Origin: Rotaria socialis
Taxonomy: Eukaryota
DNA: 55,516 nt
Assembly: GCA_905331295.1 (NCBI GenBank)
Contig: CAJNYD010000552.1
Span: forward strand, 1 to 55,516
Direction: 5' to 3'
Positions within the stretch are counted from its first letter, which is position 1. Each line of letters begins with the position of its first letter. A model generated the notes under the pieces. It did no database searches. It was not told the origin of the DNA and saw only the letters and a list, made by a program, of their open reading frames with translations. Below are positions 36,001 through 48,900 of this stretch, piece by piece. A program made the position numbers and the translations under genes.

Positions 36001-38758
36001 TCATTTTTAGCGTTATGCATTTGGTAATTTATTACGTCGTGGTCTTCAAACAAGCGAAGCAACACAAAAAGCCGACGACTACATCAAAGGACTTTTCCGT
36101 GAAGATAATCTTGTCGACGATCTTAATCCACAATTATTCTCAACGATGACAAATGCTGAACTTGATGCCATTAATCGACTAGGCCATGACGATGCCAATC
36201 GATTTTGGAATGCTGTTGGTACAATTCGCGATCCAGCTTGTTGTTCGTTTGTGGATGAAAATCGATTTCGCTTAGCTGATTATGCTCTAAGATATTATGT
36301 AAATTTTATTTTCATTTCTAGTTGTGTTTTTGCCATTGATTGCTACTACTGTTTTTGTTTAGGGTTCAGCGACTGGTGATATAGATAACTTTAAGTTGTC
36401 TCAATTGGGACCATTTTTGGCGACGAGTTTACGTGCAAGCGATATTCGTCGTGTAACAACAGATGCGCTAATAAATAAAATAAGCTTCTTTAAATCGAAT
36501 TGTTTTCAACCAGCTAAAGCCGAAGGACAAGCGCTTGGTGCTAGACTTAATGATGCACTTGGCGAAGTTGATGATAATCTTAAGGCTTTATATCTTGATC
36601 TTATTGGAGAATTAGCTATTTATCTACCCATGGATATTGCTGCTCCCAAGGTAGGTTTTAAAATGAACATAAAATAAATAGTAATAGATGGTAACTACGT
36701 GATATTTTCTATACGAAAAGAATTGCTCTTTTAAATTTTGAGTTCAGATGGTAGTTTAGCAGAAACGAAGATGTGCGAAATCAAAATCTCTTGAGTTATA
36801 TTCCTATTGTCATGATCTACAAGATCATTTGCTTAAAACCATAGAATTCAGATATCGGCATCAACTCTTTTTCTATGGTCTCTTTCATTGCTATCGAAGC
36901 TAAAATAGTTTTCGTAAATCCCTTCCTCTCGTGAAAACAGCATCTCTATGTTCAACATGAGCCCATAGAAATTCGGCATATTAAAAATTGAGAAAAACTG
37001 CTAAATACTCCTTCATATCATTTTATTCATAATAATTCTAGCGTGTATTATCTCAACGAGCAAATTATCTCTCGAAATCACTTGATAAAATTCAAAATCG
37101 TGATGAAAGATGCAAAGTACCAGATCAAGATGGATTTTTAAGCAAAGCAAAACAAGGCATAAAACGAACATTGGTCAATGCTTTTCTCGATCAACGTTCA
37201 TCATTTTTCAATCTTCGTAAACGCCGTGACGCAAATGAAAGTAAATATAATCGAATTGAATTCTTAAATTAATTTTAAATTTAGAAAATAATAATATAAC
37301 TTGTCAACAATTACGACAAATGGGCTCGTCTATTTCTGCTCTTGCGGCTGATGAAATTTCATCGATTGCTGATGATGTACTCTTCGAATGTATCGATGCA
37401 TTTGGTTCCGTAACTGGTTATAATTCAGATAGAATGAAACAGATTGCTCAAAAATATCTTCAAGTTAGATTTTTCTTTTTTCGAAAAGACCTTTGTGTTT
37501 TTTTAGTATTATTATTATTATCTATTCTAGGCATTAAAAAGTCAAGGTCGGCATATTCAATCGATAGGTCAACCTGAATTATATAAATTGAATTCAGTTT
37601 TAACTGGTTTTACTTCAAGTGAATTGTTACAATTACGAAGTGAACTTTTTCGTAATGGAAATTTCCTTTCATTTATTGGAAATCTCGACGGTTGGACAGG
37701 TGATCAGGTAGGTACTTTTGCTTCTTTCAATCCAATCAAATCTACTTATCATTTTCAAGCTCAAATCTCTAGCACAACTTACTCTCAGTAAGGAACAACG
37801 TTTATCACCACCAATTCTTGAAAATGCTGGTAAAATTTTATGTTCTGTTGATGAACAAGTTCTTCGCCGTGTACCATCAGAAGACGTCAAGTAAACCAAA
37901 TATTTTTTTCCTTTTTCTACAACATATACTCTATTTTTCTATGCTATTTATAGATCTTATCTCAGTATTTTGGCTAATGTTGAATGTCCAACGGAAGCAA
38001 ATATGAACTATTCATCAACAATGTTTGATATGGTTAAAAATGTCTATCAAGGTGATGCTTTTCGACCAGATATTTTTGGTTCATTGGGTACCATTGCTGG
38101 TAAGAATCGAAATTAATTTTGTTTTAATAAAAACAAAAGCTAATTCCCTTCTCTTCAAAGCTGGCTTGAAATCAGCTGATCTCAGTGCCTTATCACCAGA
38201 ATTATTTAATTTTTTTCCACAACAAGCAATGTCCTATTTACCGAAAGATATTTTAAAATCATTTAATCTTGAACAATTACAAAACTTAAATATTGAACAA
38301 ATAAAATCTATTCCGACAAGTATATTTGGTGCATTGAGTGGAAAACAAATGACAATTCTCAATCAAATACTTTATCCATTCAAATCTTCAGGTTAGTTGA
38401 AGTTGTTCTTCTTTAATGTTTTTGTTTTGTTTTATAATTTCATAAATTTTCATCATCAATATAGAAGAAATTGTAAATTTAAGTCAAAAATCAACTAATG
38501 ATGATGTTGATATATTGATCGAGAGTGGTATGAATATATAGAGTATTATGCATGATAAAAAGGGGCCTATAAAAATAGTCATTCTTCTTTTTCTTCCGTT
38601 ATTTATTCCTTGATTCTTTGGAATAAATAGATAATAAAATATCGCTTTTGTTTTTCTTAATTCTAGCTGGATTTATGAAACATACATATTCAACGACAAT
38701 TGTATGGCTATTACCTCTAATTTCAATTATTTTTATTCATCGATTTAATGCAGTCTAA
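31689..38758 (+). CDS. Large secreted/GPI-anchored stereocilin/otoancorin/mesothelin-family protein (many exons; exact boundaries not all resolved)
   Basis: Signal peptide MKKSRLLVVALIVGIVAHVG. Family-typical C-terminal block LGTIAAGLKSADLSALSPELFNFFPQQAMSYLP...FNLEQLQNLNIEQ. Also ITCQQLRQMGSSISALAADEI, and a hydrophobic GPI-signal-like tail IVWLLPLISIIFIHRFNAV*. Confidence 0.72.
32984..33013. repeat. (TC)n microsatellite in an intron
   Basis: Direct reading of the sequence. Confidence 0.9.
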
Positions 38759-40737
38759 ATAATGGAAGAAATTCATCGAAGACAATTATTGCCTAGCAAA
38801 ATTTCTTCTTATTCTATTTTTACGTAGCATAGCTTGTGTGTGTATGTTCAATGCTTAATATATATTCGTGTTCGTGTGTGTGATATTAAGGCTTTTGTTT
38901 TTCGTCTTTGTTAGAACAGTATGTGGCGTCTTTTTTGTTCTGCTATTGACTAAAGAATAATAAATATCATTTTAGCTAGAAAGATTACAACTGAAAAGCA
39001 CATTCATGCATTCGATTCAGATTAGAAACACACGATTGCAAACAATAGCATAAATCAAGGCCAAGGAAAAAATGCCTATTCAGCGTACAGAGAAACAACA
39101 AACGTTGTCGATGAATAAATCAAGTACGAATATTCAACGTATAAGCATGTTTGGTTCTGCAACGTAAAGAAATAAATAAAAAAAACGGAATATATGACAA
39201 GTCAATGTCTGTTTGATGATAAACAAGAAAGTGTAATCTTTGGACTCGGCTAAGTACGAGTTATTCAGAACAATTTTATGGAGATATGAAAATGAATATT
39301 CATCTCTTTTGTTTCGCGATAAAAAAAAAGTAAGTGATAATTGAGACATGACAAACAGAAACTGATACAAACATTCTATCACTCCACACTTGCAATTCTA
39401 GTAGGACGATGATGTATAAGTAGATAACAGGTTTCAAAATAAATAGGACAATATTACAGCAAAAGCATCAGATAATCTAGAAATAGGCATGTTTCATTGG
39501 TGGAAAACATCGATGCTATTAATCTTGATTTAATTTATTCCAGCACGGAATCTGAGTATTTCACATAAATGTAAATGATATAGTTCTCTGTTCGAGTTGA
39601 AATAAACTGCCATATTGACTGACACAGCTGGCTCTTTTTTGTAAGAAATAATTCTTGTAACATGTGTTTCGAAAGACGACGACCAAAATTCTGATTCATT
39701 ATTTTAAAATCTATATCTCTATTTCTTTTTCAAATGGCTGAAATAGTTTTAATAAATATAAATTTTGATTTTATCGCAAATAAAGTGCGATCAAAAGCCT
39801 CTCAATCTTGTGGAAATGAAAAAGATTCAAATTAAGATGAATTAGGATAGTAGCGATTTAGTATGTAATAAAAGCTTCTACGTTTTCAAATTTAAAAGAC
39901 AAATGCGAACAATCAGTAAAGAAAAAAACCTAAGCATCATGGTTGATTTGTTTTTGTACCGATGCTCTTAGCTGATTCTCAAAATGTGGCTGAGTGATTC
40001 GATTGTCGGAAATCTATCATTGTGTAAATAATCGATTTTAATCTCAATGGACTGATAGCTCAAGATGTATAAAAAAAGTATTCAAAATGAAAAAAAGAAA
40101 CTTTTCTAATCACTGGATTTGATTTATCAGAATTTAATAATAACTTCGAACAAAATAATTCGATATTTTCTAGTGACAATTCATACCGATCAAAAGTCTA
40201 CTTTGACTTGGAATTCCTCTAAATTTGTAGGGTCTCAAAAGTCGCTAGTACTGCTTATCATTAAATAGAAGACTTGAGGGTGTTTCATCAAAAGTTAGTT
40301 AGAAAGGACACTATGTTTTCATAGTATAGAAAAAGCTTAGTAATGATCACAGGCATCTTATCATGTAGTAAAAAAGGCATCTATCTGATGGTGAATCGAA
40401 TAAACTTATTTCAAGGGAGATTCAATATTCAAAGACGAACAATGTATATTTATCGATTAGCATGATGCCAGTAGCGTTCGACTGCTATGAATAATTGTAT
40501 AGATGAATTTTTATTATAATGATTATACTATTCTGTATGTCAACGATTAGTAGAGTAGTACTTGTCTTTTATATGGAGCCTTTTCAATGGACGAACTACT
40601 TTCTTTTCATAACATTTGTTCTCATCGAAAGATTTTCACATTCCAGTACCTAAAGGTAGTTTTAAATACTCAATGATTTCTATTGAAATGGGATACGGAT
40701 TAGTAAAAAGAATGAAATTTATGAGACGGCATAAACA

Positions 40738-40772
<35 letters not shown>

Positions 40773-40825
40773 GGATTCAGCACAGAAAAAAAGTCATACT
40801 GCTGATATTTAAGTTGTTTACGACG

Positions 40826-41107
40826 ATGAAGAGGTCCATAATTTTATGTACGATATTCATTACTTTCGCTTTGGTTCTCTACACAGAAGCAATAAATAAT
40901 AAATATGAACGATTATTTCCAATGAAACGTCGTGTAATAGAACAAGATGACTTACACGATGATAGCAGCATTGAAGAGATTGAAAATGTTCGTCGGGTAT
41001 CGTCAGACTGTGAACGCTGTGGTTTACTTCGTCGTCCTTGTTGCTTTCCAAATTTATGTCGACGTACAGCTGGTCAACTAAGCGAATGCTACAAAGTTTC
41101 TGGATAA
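40826..41107 (+). CDS. 93-aa secreted prepropeptide with a C-C-CC-C-C (knottin-like) mature region
   Basis: Signal MKRSIILCTIFITFALVLYTEA; KRR and RR basic sites flanking an acidic propeptide; mature VSSDCERCGLLRRPCCFPNLCRRTAGQLSECYKVSG*. Confidence 0.8.
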   Translation: MKRSIILCTIFITFALVLYTEAINNKYERLFPMKRRVIEQDDLHDDSSIEEIENVRRVSSDCERCGLLRRPCCFPNLCRRTAGQLSECYKVSG

Positions 41108-44100
41108 TTCTGAAAGTCGAAAACAAAACTATTTCATTAATCATACTATCATGAAATTTCTGTTTTGATTATTAATCGGTTTTAAATTAAATTCGATGAA
41201 GATTTTCGAACTCACATCTTCGTATTACAAAATATCAAGAAAAACTAACATACTTCAAAATAGGCATATAATGTATAAATGATATTATTTACTTTATAGT
41301 CTAGTCATCGTTTAACATTAACTCTTGGATCTATAGGATTAGTCTACAGGGCATAGAGCATGAAAGAATCGCTTACTATGCATTCGATGAAGAGTTCTGA
41401 TACTGGTATTAGTGTGAACATAATAGATATAATAAAAGTCGTACCTCATTACGAGCTCAAGATGATGACTAATTGAATATCGTAGCTGAATGATAAAATC
41501 TCACCAGATACGAAACGTCAACAGCAGTAGCAGCAGCAGCAGCAGCTGTGAAGTGGTTAGATTCAAGATATCTTCAGTTATTTTTTTTTATGCATGTCAC
41601 TGATAACATTCAAAAGGTACCATGACGCACTAAACAATTTCGTTGGGAAGGCTTATCCATTACGACTCACATTTCTTTGAAAGTAACTCAACAAATATTA
41701 TAGCATATAACAAAAATATATTTAAATCAACGAAGAAACAGGATGCACTTGTACGCATAAAACATGACAATAGAAGTGTCTAGTTATGATAGAAGTGAAT
41801 CATAGCGTTTTAAAATTAGTACTAGACACATGTGTCTCTTTTTCATTGCTGCATCTGTTAGACTGTGAGAGAATTTTAATTTCGTAACTGCTTATGAGTA
41901 ATGCATTTCTTTTCTTAATTCATTTTTTACGCTGTACTTCTAGAGGAAAACTATTTGAACTGAGTCTTCGGTCAAACTAGCGATATAGAAAGATCATGCG
42001 CTCATATAGATGGCAGTTATTAAGTAAACGAAAGCTTCTATTTACTAGAGAGTACTGCTTCATTGCTTTACAAATAAAGGTATGCTTTGTTTAGTTCTTC
42101 ACTAGTTTTTTTTTTATTTGGATTCTTTATTTTATTTAAGCAATAGAATAAACTTCTTTTAAGGTTTCTTCATCTGTCGATTATATCAAAACATCAGTTT
42201 GGTACTATTATGGCATTTATATAAAAGAATATTCACTAACAAATCCCGAATAGATATTCTATGCGATCCAGCTGTTATATGCACGGAAAAGAGAAGAATT
42301 TCGTCAGAATGCTAAATACCGTAGTCAAATGTAACACAGAAAAAATAATGAAATCTTTCGTGACAACTATCAATAGAAGAGTTTATATTGTAAAACTAAA
42401 AATTCGTAAATCGTATTTTTTTTCTAAGCAGCGAGAATGTATTGATTAAATGAAGATACTATTGACAGTAGTATTAAAACGTGTCTTAGCTGTTTCAATC
42501 AACATTCAATACGTGTGAACTTTAGATAAGCATAATCCTTAAAACGACCTTATATGTCTACCTCTTGTCCCTCGATATGTAAAATAAATCTTACGAAATC
42601 TAGTCATGGGTTTTCAATTTTCTCTACATTTAAATTTATAATTATATCGAAGTTATTCGTATGACGGCCGATCTTATCTTAAATAGCCGATTCAAGTTTG
42701 TATGTAACCCACACTATTATAACGCATTTTTAAATCTTATGATTGAGTGCAGCATTGTTTCTGAAATCAAAGAGTACAAGATCAAATATTTATCTTATAA
42801 ACAAGACAACCCTCGAATTGATTTAAAAATTCCATCGAGCAAAAGAGCGTGGCTTCTGTGTGTTTTTTTTTCGTCTGAAATAATTCATTCTTAGTTATGT
42901 TGTTATCTATTATTTGACTCGATTTCTGTATAAGAATACTTATTCCCTAGGAATGAAAATACTAGAAATTATTTCTAATAAGAATAATTTCATGCTTCTG
43001 CTTGTTGTATATTTTATGATTGCATTTATCTGTAAAGAAAGGTTATTCGAGTGTAATGTTCTCCTTGATAGTGGATAGTTGAGCAAGAACTATAATTTTA
43101 TGTATAGAACAGTAAATAAACATTTTTCTTCTTCGATCGTTTTATCGATCAAATAATCAGCTTTTACGGAGTGATATTTTTATTGCGTATATAGTAGAAC
43201 GAACAAAAGCTTTGAGAGACGTCGTTCATTCGTTAACATGCTGAAATAAAAGAAAAGAAAAGAAAAGAACAACGTAGAACTGATTTAATAACCAGAAGTG
43301 AGATTATAAAGATTTCCTTCAGCGTAAAGATGTAGCTAACTATCAGAAGTTTTACTACATAAACTTCAAAATACGAATCGTACATACGTATAGTAACGAT
43401 TGATTCTATTTTGTTTTCGATACATTGTCGAATACAATTACAAATTACTTATATCGTTAAAATATTGACTGATGTTTTGTTCTATTCAAAGTCAATACTT
43501 ATAGCTTAGAGTATATTGAAATGCCATTAATTCGTCGTAATGATATGCTTGATCAGGCATAATGTTCATTTTTCCATTATGTTTTTTAATTGGCATAAGA
43601 AGCTTCACACATTTCACGCTTTGAAAAATAAATCCGATATTTTTATGCATAACTATCTTGCATATAAATGCGAGAAAAGTGTGTCTTGCTGACGTTTAAT
43701 GTTTCTTATAAACAAAAAAAAGTACAAAATACGAGATTCAGGTATTTATTTAGCAGATATCCGACAGTGAATATATGCTTAAGTTTCAAGTTCTACACAC
43801 CATTATTGAAGTGCTTTATCTTATGTTAGTAAGCAATATCATAAGAAGTTACACTTCTTTTCGAGCAAAGAACGCAAAAGTTTTTTTTATCAAATACAAA
43901 ACTTTAGTTTATCATGTAAAACTGGCGCATTTCGAATTTCAATTTTCACTCATAGAGGTCTTTCTGGATAAGAAAAGCTGATTCTAAACATTCGAATAGA
44001 AAGAAAATCTCTTGATTGAGAAGCCAAGATAATATATTAAAGTCTGATTTTCAATTTTTTCGGAACTACATGTCAAATTTTTTTTTAATTATCTCATTTT

Positions 44101-45924
44101 GCTTTCTATGTTTTGCATTTATATGCGGGTTTGTATATGTTCTCATTCTGCCACTACCGAAAACGGTAGATAGCTGTTCGTTTTTTCTTCTCTTACTCTT
44201 TTTCTTTCATTACATTTTTCAATATTGCTGACTAGCCGACCACTTAAGTGGTGTCACGACCCCCACATTCATTTCTTTTTATTCCGATACGAATACATTT
44301 AAACTTCGACTACCAATCGATTTTTCGTTTTCAATGAATAAACAAAAGTCTACAATATATTCGTAATGTTTCGTATTCGAACAATAATGAGAACAAGCTC
44401 TGGATATCATAGTCATCGTAGTGGAGAACAGGTATTTAGAAAAAAAAATTGTTTTTATCAATATACATCTATCTAAGATAGATCATATTTAATTATTTCT
44501 TTTTTGTTCTCGAATAATATCAATTTTGTTTTTCATTATGCTAAGATAAAATACGGTTATTTATTGCAGCGTAGGAGCACGTGTGTTCTTACTCAAATGT
44601 ACGTAGAAAACAAAAAACAAAGAAATAACAGCACATGATCTTGTTGCGACGTTCGATAGTATGCGCGTGTGTGTATAAAACAAATTCGATTAAGAAGAAC
44701 GAAAACAACATCGTATTTCACACCTGGACCCTTAACCTTCAATTTTCCCCTTTTTTTCTTTGTGCGATAAACATCTATGCATTCCTTTCAAGCATAGTTA
44801 CAAAAGCAGCATCATATGAAAAAGAAAGCAACATCTGCTGCCTAATATGCTTGGATAAAGTCCAAAAAAAAGCAGAAAAAGAATGTTCTCTTTCTGCTTT
44901 ATTTCTGCCTCATTTCTATGGGCGTAGTAATAGTAAATGGATGTATAACACCATATGTTTTATTTCATTCATATTTTTGTTCTATAGTTTTCTTTCTTTC
45001 ATTATCAATAGCATTATTGTAGCTCGCCAATTGAAAATATCCAATATTGTTAACTATTGCTTTTCTTCTACGCTTGATTATATCACTTCATTGTAGTACG
45101 CAACAATATCCAGAAACAGAAGAAAACTACAATTCTACATTCATCCAAATACTTCTTATCTCATCCATGAATGAACATATTCAACGATGATGATGATGAT
45201 GATGATGATGGGAAAAAGAAGTCACTTGCCGCTGTTGCCGGTAGGCAAAAACTACCTGAAAGATGAGAAAATCAAGAATGAGTCGAGTTAGAAAGTGCAT
45301 TGTAATCTTTTTTGATTTTCATGTTCTATTCATTATTGAAGAAAAGGAAAAGAATAAACATTGTAGAAGAATTTTTATGTAATAAAATATCTCGACACTT
45401 CATTAATCATAGAATGTGTGAAAAAAAAATATATTAAATGAATACGTGAAGATACGTACACATGAGACTTTATCAGATGCACGTGGTCCCTAGCTGTGAG
45501 ACAATCATCGTATGTTGTAGACAATATGAAGAGCAACAAAGAGAATGTCGAAGAGCTGCGAACAGCTGAGTGATCTTTTTTTCTCTTTCGTTCTTCACAT
45601 GTACGCCCCCTACGGATGGCTTGAAAATATAATTTACTATTCGATCGTTGTCGTGCGTATGTTTTTCTCTTTTCTTATCTATTCTATTCTTTCATTCTCT
45701 ATCTCTCATACGGTTAATACTATCAACGAAGCTTATTTAGTTTCTGCTACTGTCTTTCGTTATACCGAACGAATAAGTAGGTATTTTTCAGAAACTATTA
45801 AGAGAAAAAAAACAAGGACATTTTTCTTCTTTTTTCTGTCAAAAACAGAAAAGAACGAGAAAAAGAATTTTTTTTTGTTTTCAATGAACACTTTTTCTTA
45901 TCACGATATCATTAATGTTGAACA

Positions 45925-48900
45925 ATGAATCAGGACAAAGACGAAGTGGTTATTGTTGAAGAAGAGGTGAGATTTGAATAAATACATGCCTACCGCAACA
46001 AAGCAATCAAAAAAGATTTAAACGAATCTAAATTAATTAATTTCTACTAATTATATTTTTATTTTCTAGGGTAAAGACAGTGGTGGTGTTGCTAGTGAAA
46101 CAGCAACAAATAGTGGTTCAAATAAACCTCAAGCACAAACCGATGATGATGACGACGACGATGATGAAGATGAACCCGTTTATATTGAATCAAGTCCATG
46201 TTCTCGGTGGCAAAAACGACGCGAAACAGTATAAAGATTAACATCCATATGTCAAATAAAATATTTCATCTTTGTAATATAAGGTCCCCCAACGTGATAT
46301 TCCGGGTATTGATGCATCCTACCTAGCAATGGATACTGAAGAAGGTGTTGAAGTTGTTTGGAATGAAGTTTTATTTTCCGAAAGAAAGATTAGTGACATA
46401 CAGCACGTATGTAAAATTGAGTATATTTGATTTTTCTTAACTTCGATATTAATTCTTTTATTTAGAATAAAGTCAGTGAAGTTTTCAATAAATTAATCGA
46501 TTTGAGCCATATGAATATTGTTAAATTTCATGATTATTGGCAAGACCGGACGAAAAAAGATGATCGTCCACGAGTAATTATTCATCGAAACAAAACCTTA
46601 CATTGTTGACATTCCTTTTATTTAATCATATTTAGGTTGTTTTTATAACTGAATACATGTCAAGTGGATCTCTAAAAACATTTTTACGTAAAACGAAAAA
46701 AACAAAACAAAACCTATCGAAAAATTCTTGGAGACGTTGGTGTATTCAATTATTATCAGCATTAAAGTATGATATGAATTTCAATATTCATTCAAATCTA
46801 TAAAACATAGGATTTTATAGTTATCTACATTCACGTGAAGAACCTATCATTCATGGTAATCTAACTTGCGATACAATTTTCATACAGAATACGGGCCTTC
46901 TAAAGATTGGATCACGTAAGTTGAATTTAATAGAAACTCAATTGTTTTTATGCACAGAAAAATAGATTGTAATAAAAATAGATAATACTTATATCTGTAG
47001 TACATTACCCTCAGTTGAAAACTTTTGCTGATTTGGGAGTCGGTAGGTTCTGATTATTTGATGTTTTTTATTTTGTGCTTTTTTCTTGTCGCTCAGCTGT
47101 TACTAATTTTGAAAAAAAAAGGAAAAAGAACTAAATCACGCATTGTAAATCGCTACGTTTGAAAACAAAACAAAAACCATTAAGATTGTCTATTTGCTTG
47201 TTTAGTTGCTCCTGATGTATTGCATCGACATGTAAAAAGTATAACAGATTCACCAACAAAACATTTACATTTTCAAGCTCCAGAAATCGATGATGGTTAG
47301 TCAACGATATTGAGTTTTTTTTCATTTTGTTTAGTTTTAACTTTAGAATTAAATCAAATCACAACAGCTGTTGATATATATTCACTCGGTATGGTCACAC
47401 TTGAGGTATTTATTTTGATGAATTTCAATCGTTTTACTATCAACACTTGACTTATAAATAACAATAAGTTCTGCTTTTGTTTCAATTGAAAACCTTGTAG
47501 TAAAAAGAAAAAGAAAAAGCATTAACATAAATACTTCAGCTAACGTTTTTCTTTAATCACTTCGCTTGACTGAGTTGCGAAGTAATCAGTGAGTCGATAT
47601 TTAGAGAGAGAGAAAAATAGACGTTGTACAGTGTCAAAATCAAAGTACATTATGCTTAGGAAGAGATTATAAATATTCAATAGAAAAATAAGACATTTAG
47701 ATTGTCAAGAGTTGTATTGCAAATAATGAGCTACAAAAAATAAATAAATAGCCACAATACCTAGTTTAAGATTAATGAAATCATTATGAGTGTTAAAACG
47801 GATAGCGTTGTCAAAAGTAATCAGATAAAAGAGTCGTACGATGTACTTGAAACGAACATGAAGAACGTTTACGCTTAGCGTTTTTGCATGTTGACAAGAA
47901 CGCATTAGGTTGAATGCGTTTCGATAATTTCATCATGATAAAAGGAAATAAGAAAACAAGCGATTTGCCTTGATATTGATAGCTGTCAAGTGCCGCATTT
48001 CGGTCGTCTTGCAAAATACAATCGTTTACAGAAATTGGGTTTGTTGATAGATTGTAAGAGTCAGTTATAATAATTTACTAACTCTTCGAGAATAAAACAA
48101 AACGTATTAGAAAATTCGATATACTTTTACAAATTCTATTCGATTGCCTTATTCGTGCTTCATAGAACCACCGAGATACAAGACTTTACACAGTTTTCAT
48201 TTTTACTTTTTTTGAATTCAGCCAATTTTCTTATAATATCTTGAAGTTTTTCTACAAATAGATTCTCATTTTTACTGAATACTTTTTCCGCATAAAAACG
48301 TTGGAATATTGAAAAATCGAATTTGATTTGTGGCATACTCTTTGAAGGAAAATTCAAATCGTCGAGACAAAACCCAAAAGGAGTTTCAGTCTGACAACTA
48401 TTCCTATCAAAAGGCATAAATAGGATTGAAAATTTAATTGTAGCCTCACGTAGAGCTCGTCGGATTTGATTGCCACCTGGAATAAATTGATGAAATCCTT
48501 CGTCAAGAGTTCCGATGGAATTCTGATAGAGATGGTGAAGTTTGCTTTAAGAGTCAACAGATTAAGCCGAAGCGTACTAGGGACTGGAAATCGGTATTCA
48601 AGCATAAATGCCTTGTTTTATTATTGAAATAATTAATAACATTTAGATGATCAATGTTGATCTTGGTGGAAATGGTGATACACATTCAATAACAGAAGCG
48701 GTGGTGAACGAAGCTATTGAAACTCTTGAAAATCCTGTTCAAAAGGTACCAATATATTTTTCATTGTAAAATTGATTTATAGAATCAAAACAAAAACCGT
48801 TTTCGTCATTTATTCAAGGATCTTATTTTGCAATGTCTCGAAACCGATCCAGCAAAACGACCGACAGCACGAGAATTACTCTTTCATCCAGCTTTATTCG

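Noticed and set aside
40616..40825. N-terminal 70 codons of the 163-aa ORF
   Set aside because: TTG start running through a (TA)n microsatellite (YIYIYI). The ATG at 40826 gives a clean signal peptide.
44239..44252. 14-bp palindrome ACCACTTAAGTGGT (paired NK2-like sites)
   Set aside because: A single short palindrome is plausible by chance in 55 kb, and there is no supporting evidence.
41200..45900. Numerous short ORFs (e.g. 44635-45096, 45545-45928) and possible minus-strand non-coding exons
   Set aside because: Low-complexity Phe/Ile/Lys-rich translations of AT-rich DNA with no motifs. Splice-like signals alone are insufficient to call a lncRNA or snoRNA.
47700..48612. Minus-strand ORFs and a TIR-like end inside an NRBP intron
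   Set aside because: Probably TE debris, but no matching TIR pair, TSD or protein motif was found.
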